The position numbers were made by a program, and so were the translations under genes. From Amoebophrya sp. A120 (taxonomy: Eukaryota > Protista > Dinoflagellata), in the NCBI GenBank assembly GCA_905178155.1, contig CAJINV010000001.1:1035326-1099325 (forward strand): a stretch of 64,000 bases of DNA. Direction: 5' to 3'. Below are positions 35,501 through 46,300 of this stretch, piece after piece; position 1 is the first letter of the stretch, and every line of letters begins with the position of its first letter. The notes below the pieces were generated by a model that was given only the letters and a program-made list of their open reading frames with translations, was not told the origin of the DNA and did not search any database.

Positions 35501-38075
35501 GCGTCGGACAAGCAGCTCTGGTGGCGCTCCGGGTGCGGATCCAGTATTCTGGTGAATCTTGGCAGAGAACCTATTATCGCCAGCACAACAGCCTCCTTTT
35601 CGCGCAAGTACCTGTCAAGAATTCATTCTCCGCTTGGTAAAGGAAGTAGGCAGCTGGTCGCAAACTTCTTCGCAAATTCACAACAAGTCGATCTTCATGT
35701 GGTGGAACAACATCAAGATGAATGGACATAAGCACTGAAACAAGATTCACAGTTAGAAACTCAAAAAAAAGTTTTTTACTGCAGAAGGCTCATCGCGCCG
35801 TGCCGCTCTTGCTGGTAGTCCTTATTTAGTTCCTCGTCAGTCATCTGTCCAATGACGTAGCTAGCGGTCTCCACTGTTTGTGATACCCTTGAAAACAGTT
35901 TTTTCCGAGCACGACTACCCCTCCGCATGCAAGAAAAACAATTATCAAGTGAACGCTTTCGCTTCTTGGGACAATTCGAAAGAATACAACGCAAAGAATC
36001 AAAGCCGCGCCGAAGTTGTCCATACATTATACGGTGAGGTCACAGTGTGCGAAAAAATAATTTTGATTCCACTTCCATACATCGCACTTGTTGTCTAGCA
36101 CGTCCACATAAGATTCGCCCTCCTCCTGGAACGGCTTCACGAAGATCAGCGCCATATACCCGCAGCCCTGCAAAAGCTCCAGCGACTTATTGGAGTTTCG
36201 ATCGAGTACGGTACCTGAAAAAGTACATCATGTGACAAAAGCTCCTTACATCAAAGTCAAACACGCGGGCTGGTATGAAAATAAGTATGGATTCGCAGAA
36301 ATGCATTATGCATTCATAGCATGCATTTTTTGAAAAGTGCATAAAATCCAACATTGAATCAAAATACATGAGAATGCTCAGGGTTCAGTCACAGTGAAAA
36401 ACTTATTATCCCACAAACTTACCATAACTCGGAAGGTCGTGATTGTGCCCACACAGCTCCAGCCAGCATATTGGTGTGTCCCTTACATCGGTATGGCAGC
36501 AAAAAAAAATGACCCCCACGACAACGAGCCCTCTGGCCAGACTGCAAGCAGAGGCTGAAAATTTTTTGGAACCACAAAAACACAAAGATCTGGATCTTCT
36601 TCCAGGCAAGAGGTGCTTGTTGCTGGCCGTTCGCGATGAAGAACGACCTCGTTCAGGTGTTGCAAATCATATCAACCAAGGCTTATTTCAGAATCTTGTT
36701 CGAGGTCGAACCAAAACAGAGGTGCTAAGTGCTTACATAATCGTTGTCGTCGAAGCAAGATGGTTTGAAAAATATAATTGTTCCCATGCGTACTCTTGGT
36801 CTGTATTCGGGCATTCTCGTATCATTGTAAGCACCTCTTCGAGACTGTTGAGCGCGGCTAGCTCGGTCTCCTCCATGGGAACCAGAAAACTGCTCCCGTT
36901 CGGACGAAACACCTCCAGCTCCACATGCTTCTTTTCCACCGGCTCGCCGGAAGTTGTTGTATCCTGCTTCCCGTCGGCTCCACCACTCGCCGGTGCTGGT
37001 GCAGCAGCACTAGCCGCTCCTACGGCGGGATCTTATCAAAAGGAAAAATCCCCCCTCCCCATATCAAAACGGAAATCTGTGATGCAGATTTGTTGTCACA
37101 AATCAGTTTTGTCATGCTACACGGGAAAAGATGCGGACGGTAGTGCTGGGTGGCGTGGGGAAGCCTTGCATCTTCAGCATGATAGGAGGCATCTGAGAGT
37201 GGGAAACAGCATGACAAATTGCCTGCAAACGAGGCCACGACTGCGGCTCTTGGCCTTCTAGCATGACAAGTCGATTTGTGACCTGAAATACAGCATCACA
37301 AATTTCGTTTTCGATATGGGGAGGGGGGATTTTTCTTTTCGATAGATCTTTTCTCTTGTTCGTGCCGCCTCCGCTCGTTCCGAGAATGTCATCGTCATTC
37401 GTGTTATCAAATGCAAAAATGTCTGGGTCTGGAAGATTCTGAGACTTGTCATGCATGTTTTGCCTGGGCCATGATGTCTGTGATGCATGCCCTAGCATCA
37501 CAGATTTTTTGAGGGCTTCGCGATGCCTATTCCGCATGACAAATGCCCTCTCCGCGTAGCAAAAATTACACTCCCTTTGCTGCTCACGCAATAGATACAG
37601 ATTTTTTTGGAATCCAAATTCAGCATCACAAGTTGCATTCTTCCAGACCCAGACATTTTTACATTTGATATGTGTTCATTAAATCATCCTCCTGGATTAT
37701 CAAAGAAAAAAGCTGTGTTAGTGTAACTATCTTTGGCTGACAGCATCACGAATTGTGTAATGCGTGGCTTGTAAGGGAAAACACACATGATGAAGAGAGA
37801 ACTTCATGGCTGTCTGGCATGACAGGTGTAACTCTGTTGCGCGTTCTGCATTACAGATCTACACTTACACAGTTTTTCTCTTGCATATGGATGTTGAACT
37901 CCGCTCGGCTGCTGGACACCCCGCCGGATCCGACCAGCGGCCCGCCGGTGCTGGAGGTCTTGGTATTGTGGGTCCCACCTCCATTGGGTGGGGAGCGTGG
38001 TCGGTCCGGCAGCGCGGCAGCGGGACCTCCGGACGAGCTGGAAGAACCGGTAGCACCACCCTGGTTGGTCGACAT
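26559..38075 (-). CDS. Large multi-exon ankyrin-repeat protein
   Basis: Many ankyrin consensus units (TCLHVAAAEGHLLIVEYLV, TCLHSACDEGRHEVIEFL, TCLHLACEDAHLNVVEFLV, YLHQACYNGHMPIVKFIL); start MSTNQGG at 38075; about 15 TIR introners plus GT-AG introns; most junctions translated in frame. Confidence 0.8.
26666..26964. mobile_element. Diverged TIR introner family A
   Basis: A-like TIRs; DR TGCGA/CGCAA; PELA-KGDT restored. Confidence 0.8.
27950..28263. mobile_element. TIR introner family A (A2 subtype, internal duplication)
   Basis: A-type TIRs; DR CCAGC/CCAGG. Confidence 0.85.
28318..28549. mobile_element. TIR introner family D
   Basis: TATGAGAGTGTACAACTCCCCC...GGGGGAGTTTGTGCACCCTCATA; DR CTCGC; homologous to the 61401 copy. 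Confidence 0.88.
29404..29560. mobile_element. TIR introner family M (short)
   Basis: TATTCTGTGCAAAAGCACCGCACT...AGTACGATACTTTTGCAATGCATA; DR ACTTT/ACTTC. Confidence 0.78.
29632..29943. mobile_element. TIR introner family H
   Basis: TATTACCACGAAAAATGC...GCACTTTTCATTGTAATA; DR GGGGG/GGCGG. Confidence 0.8.
30339..30603. mobile_element. TIR introner family A
   Basis: A-type TIRs; DR CCCAT/CCGAT. Confidence 0.83.
30654..30874. mobile_element. TIR introner family E
   Basis: TATCCACGAAAAAAACTGCGT...ACACAGTTTTTTTCTTGCATA; DR CCGGA. Confidence 0.82.
30930..31257. mobile_element. TIR introner family A with (CAT)n-containing insert
   Basis: A-type TIRs; DR CGCCG/CGCCG. Confidence 0.82.
31463..33106. 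mobile_element. Family B introner expanded by internal tandem triplication
   Basis: B-type TIRs 1.64 kb apart; flanks diverged (GTTCT/GCTTG) but removal of element plus 5 nt keeps the frame. Confidence 0.75.
31640..33050. repeat. Tandem repeat, about 3 x 450-480 bp, each unit with a hairpin and (CAT)n
   Basis: Unit landmarks near 31660, 32108 and 32589; perfect 21-bp stem TCATGCCCGACAGCCAAACCT-CAA-AGGTTTGGCTGTCGGGCATGA at 31836-31880. Confidence 0.9.
33481..33687. mobile_element. TIR introner family E
   Basis: E-type TIRs; DR GTGGT/GTGCT. Confidence 0.85.
33757..34020. mobile_element. TIR introner family A
   Basis: A-type TIRs; DR TGGTA/TAGTA. Confidence 0.87.
34623..34896. mobile_element. 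TIR introner family A
   Basis: A-type TIRs; DR GTAGG/GCAGG; NGFT(C/Y)-LHLA restored. Confidence 0.83.
37034..37344. mobile_element. TIR introner family C
   Basis: C-type TIRs; DR GATCT; near-identical to the 23874 copy. Confidence 0.92.
37405..37670. mobile_element. TIR introner family A
   Basis: A-type TIRs; DR CGTGT/TGTGT. Confidence 0.88.
37698..37887. mobile_element. TIR introner family E
   Basis: E-type TIRs; DR TGGAT/TGGAT. Confidence 0.86.
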
Positions 38076-38080
38076 TGAGA

Positions 38081-38312
38081 CATCGCAAGAAAAAACTGTT
38101 TATTTTTCACTGTGAACTTTTATGTATGGAGAAAGTGTATCGCAAAAGTCTATGTTGTCTTGCTACACATGCAAGACAATGGATTTTTAGGCGTGTTTTC
38201 TCATTTGGGAAAAAATGCGCGCATGGCAAACTTCCTTTGTGATGCAAGAACAAACTTGCGTTGCGAAATTTGCAAAATCATCACAGTGAAACAGTCTATC
38301 TTTCCTAGGATA
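38081..38312. mobile_element. TIR introner family F (probable 5' UTR)
   Basis: CATCGCAAGAAAAAACTGTTT...CACAGTGAAACAGTCTATCTTTCCTAGGATA; DR TGAGA; 5 nt upstream of ATG 38075. Confidence 0.8.
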
Positions 38313-40362
38313 TGAGACGCAGCAGATGTGATGCTACGAGGGCAAGCTACAGCTAGCTCTCCTTTATAAAAATTTTCTCTTCCACGACCTAGTAGCGCTG
38401 CCGTCTCTCCTCGTCCTGGTTCTCCGCCGACCCCTCTGTGGAGGAACCACGAAGTCTTAAGACGCGGGCATGACTTCGATTCGATACTTTTCCTTCCGAA
38501 AAAAAACGCTGCAGTGTTGGTGAACGGACCACGAGAAATGGACAAAATTGGCCATGGCTGTTTCGTTTTCAATAAGTTACGACCCACGATGAATATTATA
38601 CGCGTACTACTCAAGTAAGAGAGCCACGAACTAGACGTACTAAAGCTGAACCAGCATCTCGGTTCGAATTTAATAGTCATTAACACCGAGGAGAGATGAC
38701 AGGAACGAACGAAGCGTGCCATCTGATCGACAAGACGAGGACGAGGACCCAACGTTCCATCCTAAGAACTCCGACGAGGAGCGCGAGCGGGCGGCAGACA
38801 AAATCATATACGTGCTGTCCATTAAGTACGGTGCGAAAAAGCTGCGGATTAGAAGTATCAGCCTTTCACTCTAGCAGGTGTAAGTATGGTGACTAGTGCA
38901 CGTGCACCTGGTGTGGGCAGTCTCCGTCTGTCCTTTTTTGCATATTAGTTGAGCATTGAAGAAATCGCTGAGTAATTCTCTGAGGTATCGCACAGAACAA
39001 GAATGCGGGGCCGTGTAATGCATCGTTAGCGTGACGAAATACTGTTGTAGGGATGGAGTATTGAAGATTGTGTCCTGCCGTGAAATTTCAGTATTGAAAC
39101 CGACGTTGTTTTCTTCACAAAGTACGATTTTTACAACAAACCGATACAGATGGGATACATGCCTCGCGTCGAACCAGCACGAAGTGATTTTCTAATACGT
39201 GCAACGTCGAGCTTGTCGATAGAAATCTAAGCAGCATTCTCCACCTCCTCCTCATGTTCATGTATGATGCAAAACAAAAATATTCGTCGCATCTACAACA
39301 TTTTCGGCCGTGCACATAGGTCGTGCCACTCAGCGTCCGCTTCTCGTGTTCACAGAGGCAACAACTCTGTCACGACTCGAGCTCTGACTCACGATGATAC
39401 TTGAAAGAATTCTGTCACGAATCAAGCTCAGACTCACGATAGTGAATCATGTTGATTATGCCACAATATTACTTGAACACGCGCGGCACTATCTTCACAG
39501 CCGGCATTTCATGAAGCCGGGCAAGTGTTCGCTTGCGTGTCGTTCAGTCGTCCCATCAACAAGTGCTCATGTCTCAAATGTAGTCATTGCCATAGCTCTT
39601 AACACCTCCAAAAAAGAAATGGAAACGAGCTTAAGCAGTCTGCATTGGCGGTGCGGTGCGCGTGCGGTGTGGCGCAGATGAGACAAAATAAAGCCGAACC
39701 ATCGACAAATACTTTTCAGGATTCACATAGTATTTTGAACAGTTCCGAGTCATAGATTAATTTTTCATACGTTCTTAATATGTGTGTACGTGTAAGGTCA
39801 TCTTCGAGGACAGTTTTCCTCGGATCACAAAAATATTGAGACTTTTGTCCGCCTAAGCACGAGACTTGGCATGTTCAAAAATCCCGAGCAAATCGAGCGG
39901 CTCGTTATTTTTCTGCAGTATGTGGAAACGGCGATCGAGTAGCTTTTCCTTTTCGTGAAGATTTTCATAAAGTAAAAAGGAAATGGTAAAAAGGCATCCG
40001 ACAAAAAGAAGAAGAACAGATTTCTTCCGATCAAGAAAATTCCAAAAAAGAAAAACAGAATAAACGGGCGCGATGAATTCAGGACCGATCGCGCCCTTGT
40101 GTCAAGAACAGACGCAAAATTTTGCAAAAAACAAGCAGTGATGGACTTGTGCTAATGCAGCTGCACGATAAAGAAGTACATTTTTTGAAAAACTGCGCCC
40201 GGGGAACGAATCAATAGAAGTGACCGGGAACAAATCAAGAATAGAAGTGAAGAGCAACTGAACCGTCTGTATGACATCAGAGCGCGCTGCCAAAACAACC
40301 TCATATGGCGTCGCTGGGGCGATGTAAAGGAAAGGTCCTTAAACCGCCGTGCTTTTTCCCCT

Positions 40363-43300
40363 CTAACGCAGGCTTCTGCCGGAGCACACTGGGGACTGCT
40401 GGTCGCTCCTCGGGATTTGCGGATACGCTTGGTTCCAGCACGCCACAAAAGCGCTTGCAAAGGCGGGCCTCGGAAACATCCAAAAAGAATCCCAATCCGA
40501 GTCTATTTTAACAACGTTCACCTTCCTGTCCACGTTTAGGTAGTACTGCAGGACCTCTTCGACCGCCTTCCATCCACCGCATCTGCGCCTCGCCCATTTA
40601 TCGGAAACCAGCAATTCAGGCAAGGGAAATAATTCAGATGATTTCAGGTCCTGCAGCCTCGGACACACTTCAGTCAGTACTTCTTGAGGAAGCGCCACCA
40701 GAGGACGAAGGCCAGCCGGAAAACCCGAGTCCGTCGGCTGGAGGTCGAGAAAGCCGGCCTTTTGGTGATAAGGCGTAATCATGGGAGAGTCCTTGCGCTT
40801 CAAGTCCATTCGTCGAAGGAGGTGCGCATCGTCGACAAAAATTATCCACCCGGGGGGCAGGAGCTTCTCGTCTACGTGCCCCGATTCTTCGACTCGCTTG
40901 TAGTCTAGCCACGGGATTCGCTCCAAGTGGTTGAGAAATTTCTGGACCTCCACCAGGTTCTCCTCGAGTTGCTGGCGATACTTTTCCTCGTGGAAAATCG
41001 CAGCATCAGAAAAGAGATCAAGTGTAAAAATGTCTGGGTCTGGAAGAGTGCAAGTTTGTCATGCTTGTCTGGCATGACGCTTAAACCTGCCATGCACGTT
41101 ACCCAAGAGCCCCACTTTGCTGTCATGCAGAAACGCAGTTTGTCATGCAGAATAGGCAACACCTAGAAGCTCAAAAGCTTGTCATGCTGAGCCAGCACTT
41201 GTGGCCTCTTCATGATACGATGCCCAGCATCACAAGTTTCCAGACCCAGACATTTTTACAATCCATAAAAGAGATCCGGCGTTTGCCCTTCAAACAAGAG
41301 GTACCACACTGCCGTCTTGCCCTTTCCCCCGGAGAGGAAGGCGGCTCCTGGGCCTTTGTCTTCAAAGTTCAAGTACTTATAACCCGCTCAGATGTTACAA
41401 TCTCAAACGTTGCAATAGAGTCTGAGATTTGTCTTGCATGTTGAGCATGACAACCTCGCAGAGCGCGCCACTTTCTGCAATACAAATTTCGCCGGATTGT
41501 AGTGGGGTTTGGGGCTCCGGAACTTGTCATGCGCAATCCCATGAGAGTTGGCTTGCTAGATCATGCACTCTTGCATCACAGATTTCCATATTCTATTGTA
41601 ACGTTTGAGATTGTAACACCTGAGCGGGTTATAGTACTCGCGACACTTTTCTTGCTGAGCGTGTCCCGTCCCGCAGCCAAGCCCGGACCTCGTCACTGCC
41701 TCGGCCCACGCCTTGCCCTTGCCGGCCTTGGCCAATTGCAGGGCGTCCAGTGCACTGGCTCGTTCCACTCGCGTCAGGCTGGTGGCCGGAATCTTCGGAG
41801 GCGGGAGTGCAGGTGTGCCGTCCCCTGGTGCGCCTCTTGTCGGCCCTTGTCGACCCGGCACAGCAGCACGTCGTGCCCCCTGGCGCGGCTCGGACAGTGT
41901 TTCCCTTTTTTGTTGCTTTTGAACAAGCGACCGGAGCTGGTCCGCGACCGCAGTCTCGTCTACAGTCGCACTCGTTCCATCCGGCGCCGCAACGAAATGG
42001 TGCCAGCCAGGAGCAAGCTCATCCAACGAGAAGGGCTCTTCGATAACCATGGCCAGAGTATGAAGGTCGCGCCCGGAGGGCGATATTGGTAACCAAATGC
42101 GTGCGCGAAATTCTAACCAGCGCGAAAGCCTAACCAGCCGCGCGGCGAAAGCGCGGCCCTGCGGGCCGCGCTTTGGCGCTATTTATTTTTGATTACAGTC
42201 CCACTCCTTCTTCTTCAAGCCCCCTGCATGAGAAACTGGCCCCCTGGCCAGGAAGGTATCTGGGTCATCGGGGGCTTCCGGATTCGCATTCAAAGCTTAT
42301 CGCAGGAGCCTGCGGGCCGCCGCGGGCTCCACCACTTCCCCGCGGCCCTAAAGGGCCGCGGACAACTACTGTCGCCCGCGGCGGCCCGCAGGCTCCTGCG
42401 ATAAGCATTGAAGGCGAAATCCGGTCTGCTATTTCGCAGCGGGGCATCCTTTCTAGCCCCCTGCATGACAAACTGGCCTCCTGGCCAAGAAGGTATGCGG
42501 AAAGCCGAATCTCCGCGGACCCTTCCGGGCCACCAAAATCGGGCATTTCAGACGCGGCGGAGGTGCAGGATTTGTGCCCACAAACCAGGGCAAATAGGGA
42601 TTTTGTGACATCCCTCCGCCCGCTTCTAATGCGTTTTTTTTTTCACAATCCCGATGGTATGGCGCGACCACGCGCCCGCCGGACCGCCCTTGGCGGCCAG
42701 TTTGTAAGCCTGCCGAGGGTTCTCGGTTTTTTTCAATTTTCGCTCTTTTTTGTGGTTCTTAGGTGGCCGAAGGGCTCCGGACATTTTCACCGACCGCAGC
42801 TGCCTGGCAGTTTCGGAGCCTGCGGAGGGATTGCGCTTTTGCGCATTTTTTTCTCTTTTTCTGGTTTCCAAGTGGCCCGGGCGACCTGGACATTTTTACC
42901 GCCCGCATCTCCCTGGCAGTTTTGAAGCCTGCGGAGGGATTGCGCTTTTGCGCCATTTTTCATCTTTTTTCATTTTCCAAGTGGCCCCAGCGACCTGCAC
43001 ATTTTTACCGCCCGCATCTGAGTGGCAGTTTTGAAGCCTGCGGAAGGATTGCGCTTTTGCGCGATTTCTCATCTTTTTTCATTTTCCAAGTGGCCCGGGC
43101 GACCTGCACATTTTCACCGCCCCCACCTGACTGGCAGTTTTGAAGCCTGCGGGGGGATTGCGCTTTTGCAAGATTTTTCTTCTTTTCCCATTTTCCAAGT
43201 GGCCCGGGGGATCTGCACAAAATCCGACGATTGCTTCCGCCCACGGTATGAAGCAAATTTTTGCCATTTTTTTCCAACTTTTTCCAGTTACGAAGCGGCC

Positions 43301-46300
43301 CAAGGCTTCCGGACAGGTCGCGGGCCTGCTTCTCCAACGCAGCTGCCCAGCGGGCGGAGCAAAAAACAGTCCGTCTATTTTTCAGATATCAAGTGGGCCA
43401 AACCGCAAAAATGCTCTTTTTTCACCTTCTCCCGCTTGGTTTCTGCCGTTTTTGCGACATTTTTGCCCTCCTGGCCATTTTCCCATCTGGTCCGCTTTTT
43501 TTCCCTTCTCCCACTTCATTTCTGGCCATTTCCCTGACCTTCACGCCTCCCGGCGGTTGCCCTATATGGTAACGGCAACTGCCTTCGCGCTGCGTTTGCT
43601 ACGCAATATCGCAAGCGCGCAGAGCGCGCGCGCCGGCTTCGTGGGCCGGCGCGCGCTCTGCGCGCGCGCGCGCACGCATTTGGTTACCAGATCATACTGA
43701 AAAGCGCCCCCAACCCCAGAACTTCGCAGCGCTTGCATTGCGAAGCCTTTCAATGGAAACACTCACCCCACCCTGCGTGGGTGTATCAGCATCGAAAGAA
43801 GTTTTTAAGTCCTAATAGCAAAAATCTGCGCTGCAAAAGAGCCCGGCAACAGCGGGGCATGATATGTACAAGATGCCTTGCGCGCCCAGCTTCTGCACCA
43901 GAAAGTAGACTCACAGGCGTTTCATACAAGACAAAACGGGGTTACTTGATGGAAACTTTGCAACATCTTTAGCAACTTCCGGGTCGTTGGGGGCACTTTT
44001 CATTGCAATACAGGTAGAATTTTGACCAGGGGATTTTCTTCAAGTGACTTTCCAACTGGTGCTTGTACGCGCCGTGTACAAAATTGAAGTACTTCGGACC
44101 TTCCGGAGCGTGGCTCCCTTTGTGGTACAAAATCACCTGCCAAAGCGCTGTCTGGCGGGCCCCGCCCAGGTCGAAATTGAGGAACAAGGGACATTTCCAT
44201 CTGGCACGATTTGCTTCCCCGCAGACGTCCTTCACACGGGCGTCCCACGTTTTCAGATTGTTCGCTTTCGCATAGTTCAGCAAATCATTCGCGACGCGCA
44301 TTTCCGCCTCAGACAGCCGCGCGGCTTCCCCCTCTACAAAATCCTGCCACCGACCGTCGGTCCCCTGCGCAGCATCCCTCCCCGGCCAGTCATCGACCAG
44401 GAACGCAAATTAGAATTGAAACATCCGTGGATAGGAGGTGTCAGTGGTCTACTTTCTTAAGCAACTACATCATGATTAGCGACGAACACACAGCGCCTGG
44501 CGTCAGCGCTTTCTCCTTCACAACTTTTGCGATGACATTATACCGCTCGTCTGCAAAAAGAAAAACAGGCCAAGTCCCGCACGCACAACAAAATCAAAAT
44601 TTGATCTTGTTTTCGTCGGATCTTCGAGAGCAGACCGTCAATAGAGATTTGTCATGCCAAGCACGACAGTTGCAAAAATATCAATATGTCTCCAAAATAA
44701 TAAGGCTCATCAGAACAAGACCCCCCACAATAAAACCACATGTGTTCTTACCGCCATAATTGTAGTCTGCCTGCGAAACTTTTGGTAGCTGAACATGAGC
44801 GACGTCCTTTTCTTCGCGTAGCTTCGTGACCGTGGTTGCGATTAGCTGTAACGGTTCGAGCCGCCTCTCGAGTGGGATCTTGCCATCCATGCCGATGAAA
44901 TACAAAAGTGCCTGCCAAACAGCCGATCGGCGTTTGCGGCTGGGGCCAAAATTCAAAAACTGTCCGCATTTCCCAGGATGCTGCCTGCACAATTCGGTTA
45001 GCTCGTTGGCCCAAGCGCCGAAGTCGTGCTTTGCCTGTTGCTCCAACGTGTCCCCACGGCCAAAGTCTTTGGCCTTACCTAGTAAGGCATGCGCGTTCTG
45101 CTCGTCTTCCTCTGTCAACGGGAGCTCTTGCACGTAGTCCTGCCAACCGGACAACAAGTTCGGCGCATCCGTGTTGTGCTGTTTGTATTTCTCCCACGGA
45201 ATCTTCTGCAACACAATAAAAAACTTTCGTTGCTATCGCTTGCGAATTTGCCCTAGTTAGCATGTTTGTTTTTTAGTACGAAAAAGCATCGTGTGCTGTG
45301 CGGAACCAATTTGAAATTTTTTGCCTGGCTGTTCAGTCCGAACTTGCGCAAGCCGTGCTGTCAGTCCTTGCGATCAGTTTTTTGGCAAGGAAAGTTGAAT
45401 CCTTGGCGCCGGAGGTATTTGGCAGACCAGTGCGGACGAAGTCGTTCACATGCACAAGGACAATCGATGCAAACAACACTCGAAGGCATTCAATTTCAGT
45501 AGGCGTTTCTATGTATAAAACTTTTCTGCACGACCAACTATGGCGAAGAAACAAGAGTGTAAGCGATTGCGGTGCGTAGCTGAAGGTACTTGAGTAACTC
45601 GAAAAGCCAGCCAGACTTGTGACGCAGAACGATCTGAAAGAGCGCTGTTTCCAGACCCCGAGATGAATCGTCAAAATCCAATAGGGCCTTGCACTTTTGC
45701 GGCTTTTTCTCGCAGAACTTCTTCACCTGCCTTGCCCACGCCTCAAACTCCCGGTTCTTCAGACGCTGAAGCATTTTTCTGGCTTGTTGTTGTTCCCGCT
45801 TATGCAGGGAGGAGAACCCGGTGGAATCAAGCTGCTTTCGCTCTCCCAGGATGACCGCAGTCGGACTTTTTACCCCCGCGCTAGCGTCGGCCGCATCAAG
45901 CTCGTTCTCCTCTGCCAGTTGCTTTAGCGCCTCCACCTCAAAAGTATTGACGGGATAAGCTAGCATGACGATTTTTAACGCGGCTCGCTCTGCCGGGGAA
46001 AGCAGTTTCACCGCAGCGACAACCGCCGGCTTGATCACAGTCTCCATGTCGTTTCGAAACACACCGCCACCCAATGGCATCAGAAAAATGCGTTTCTTAT
46101 CCTTGTCTTCCTGGATTTTGGTCGTCGTGCCGGCGCTCTTCATCTCTTGCATGTGCAGGCACGCCGTTTGCCGCAGCGCCCCGTAGTACTGACCAACCAG
46201 CGCCATGATCTCGATTTTTCGGTGCATCTTCACAGTGGGGTTGTTATTGTCATACATTTCCCGCGTCGACATCAACTTTTCGTACCTACCGTACGAACCA

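Noticed and set aside
42173-43700. ORFs inside the 1.6-kb TIR element as a possible transposase
   Set aside because: They are Phe-rich translations of the 109-bp tandem repeat, with no DDE or other catalytic motif visible.
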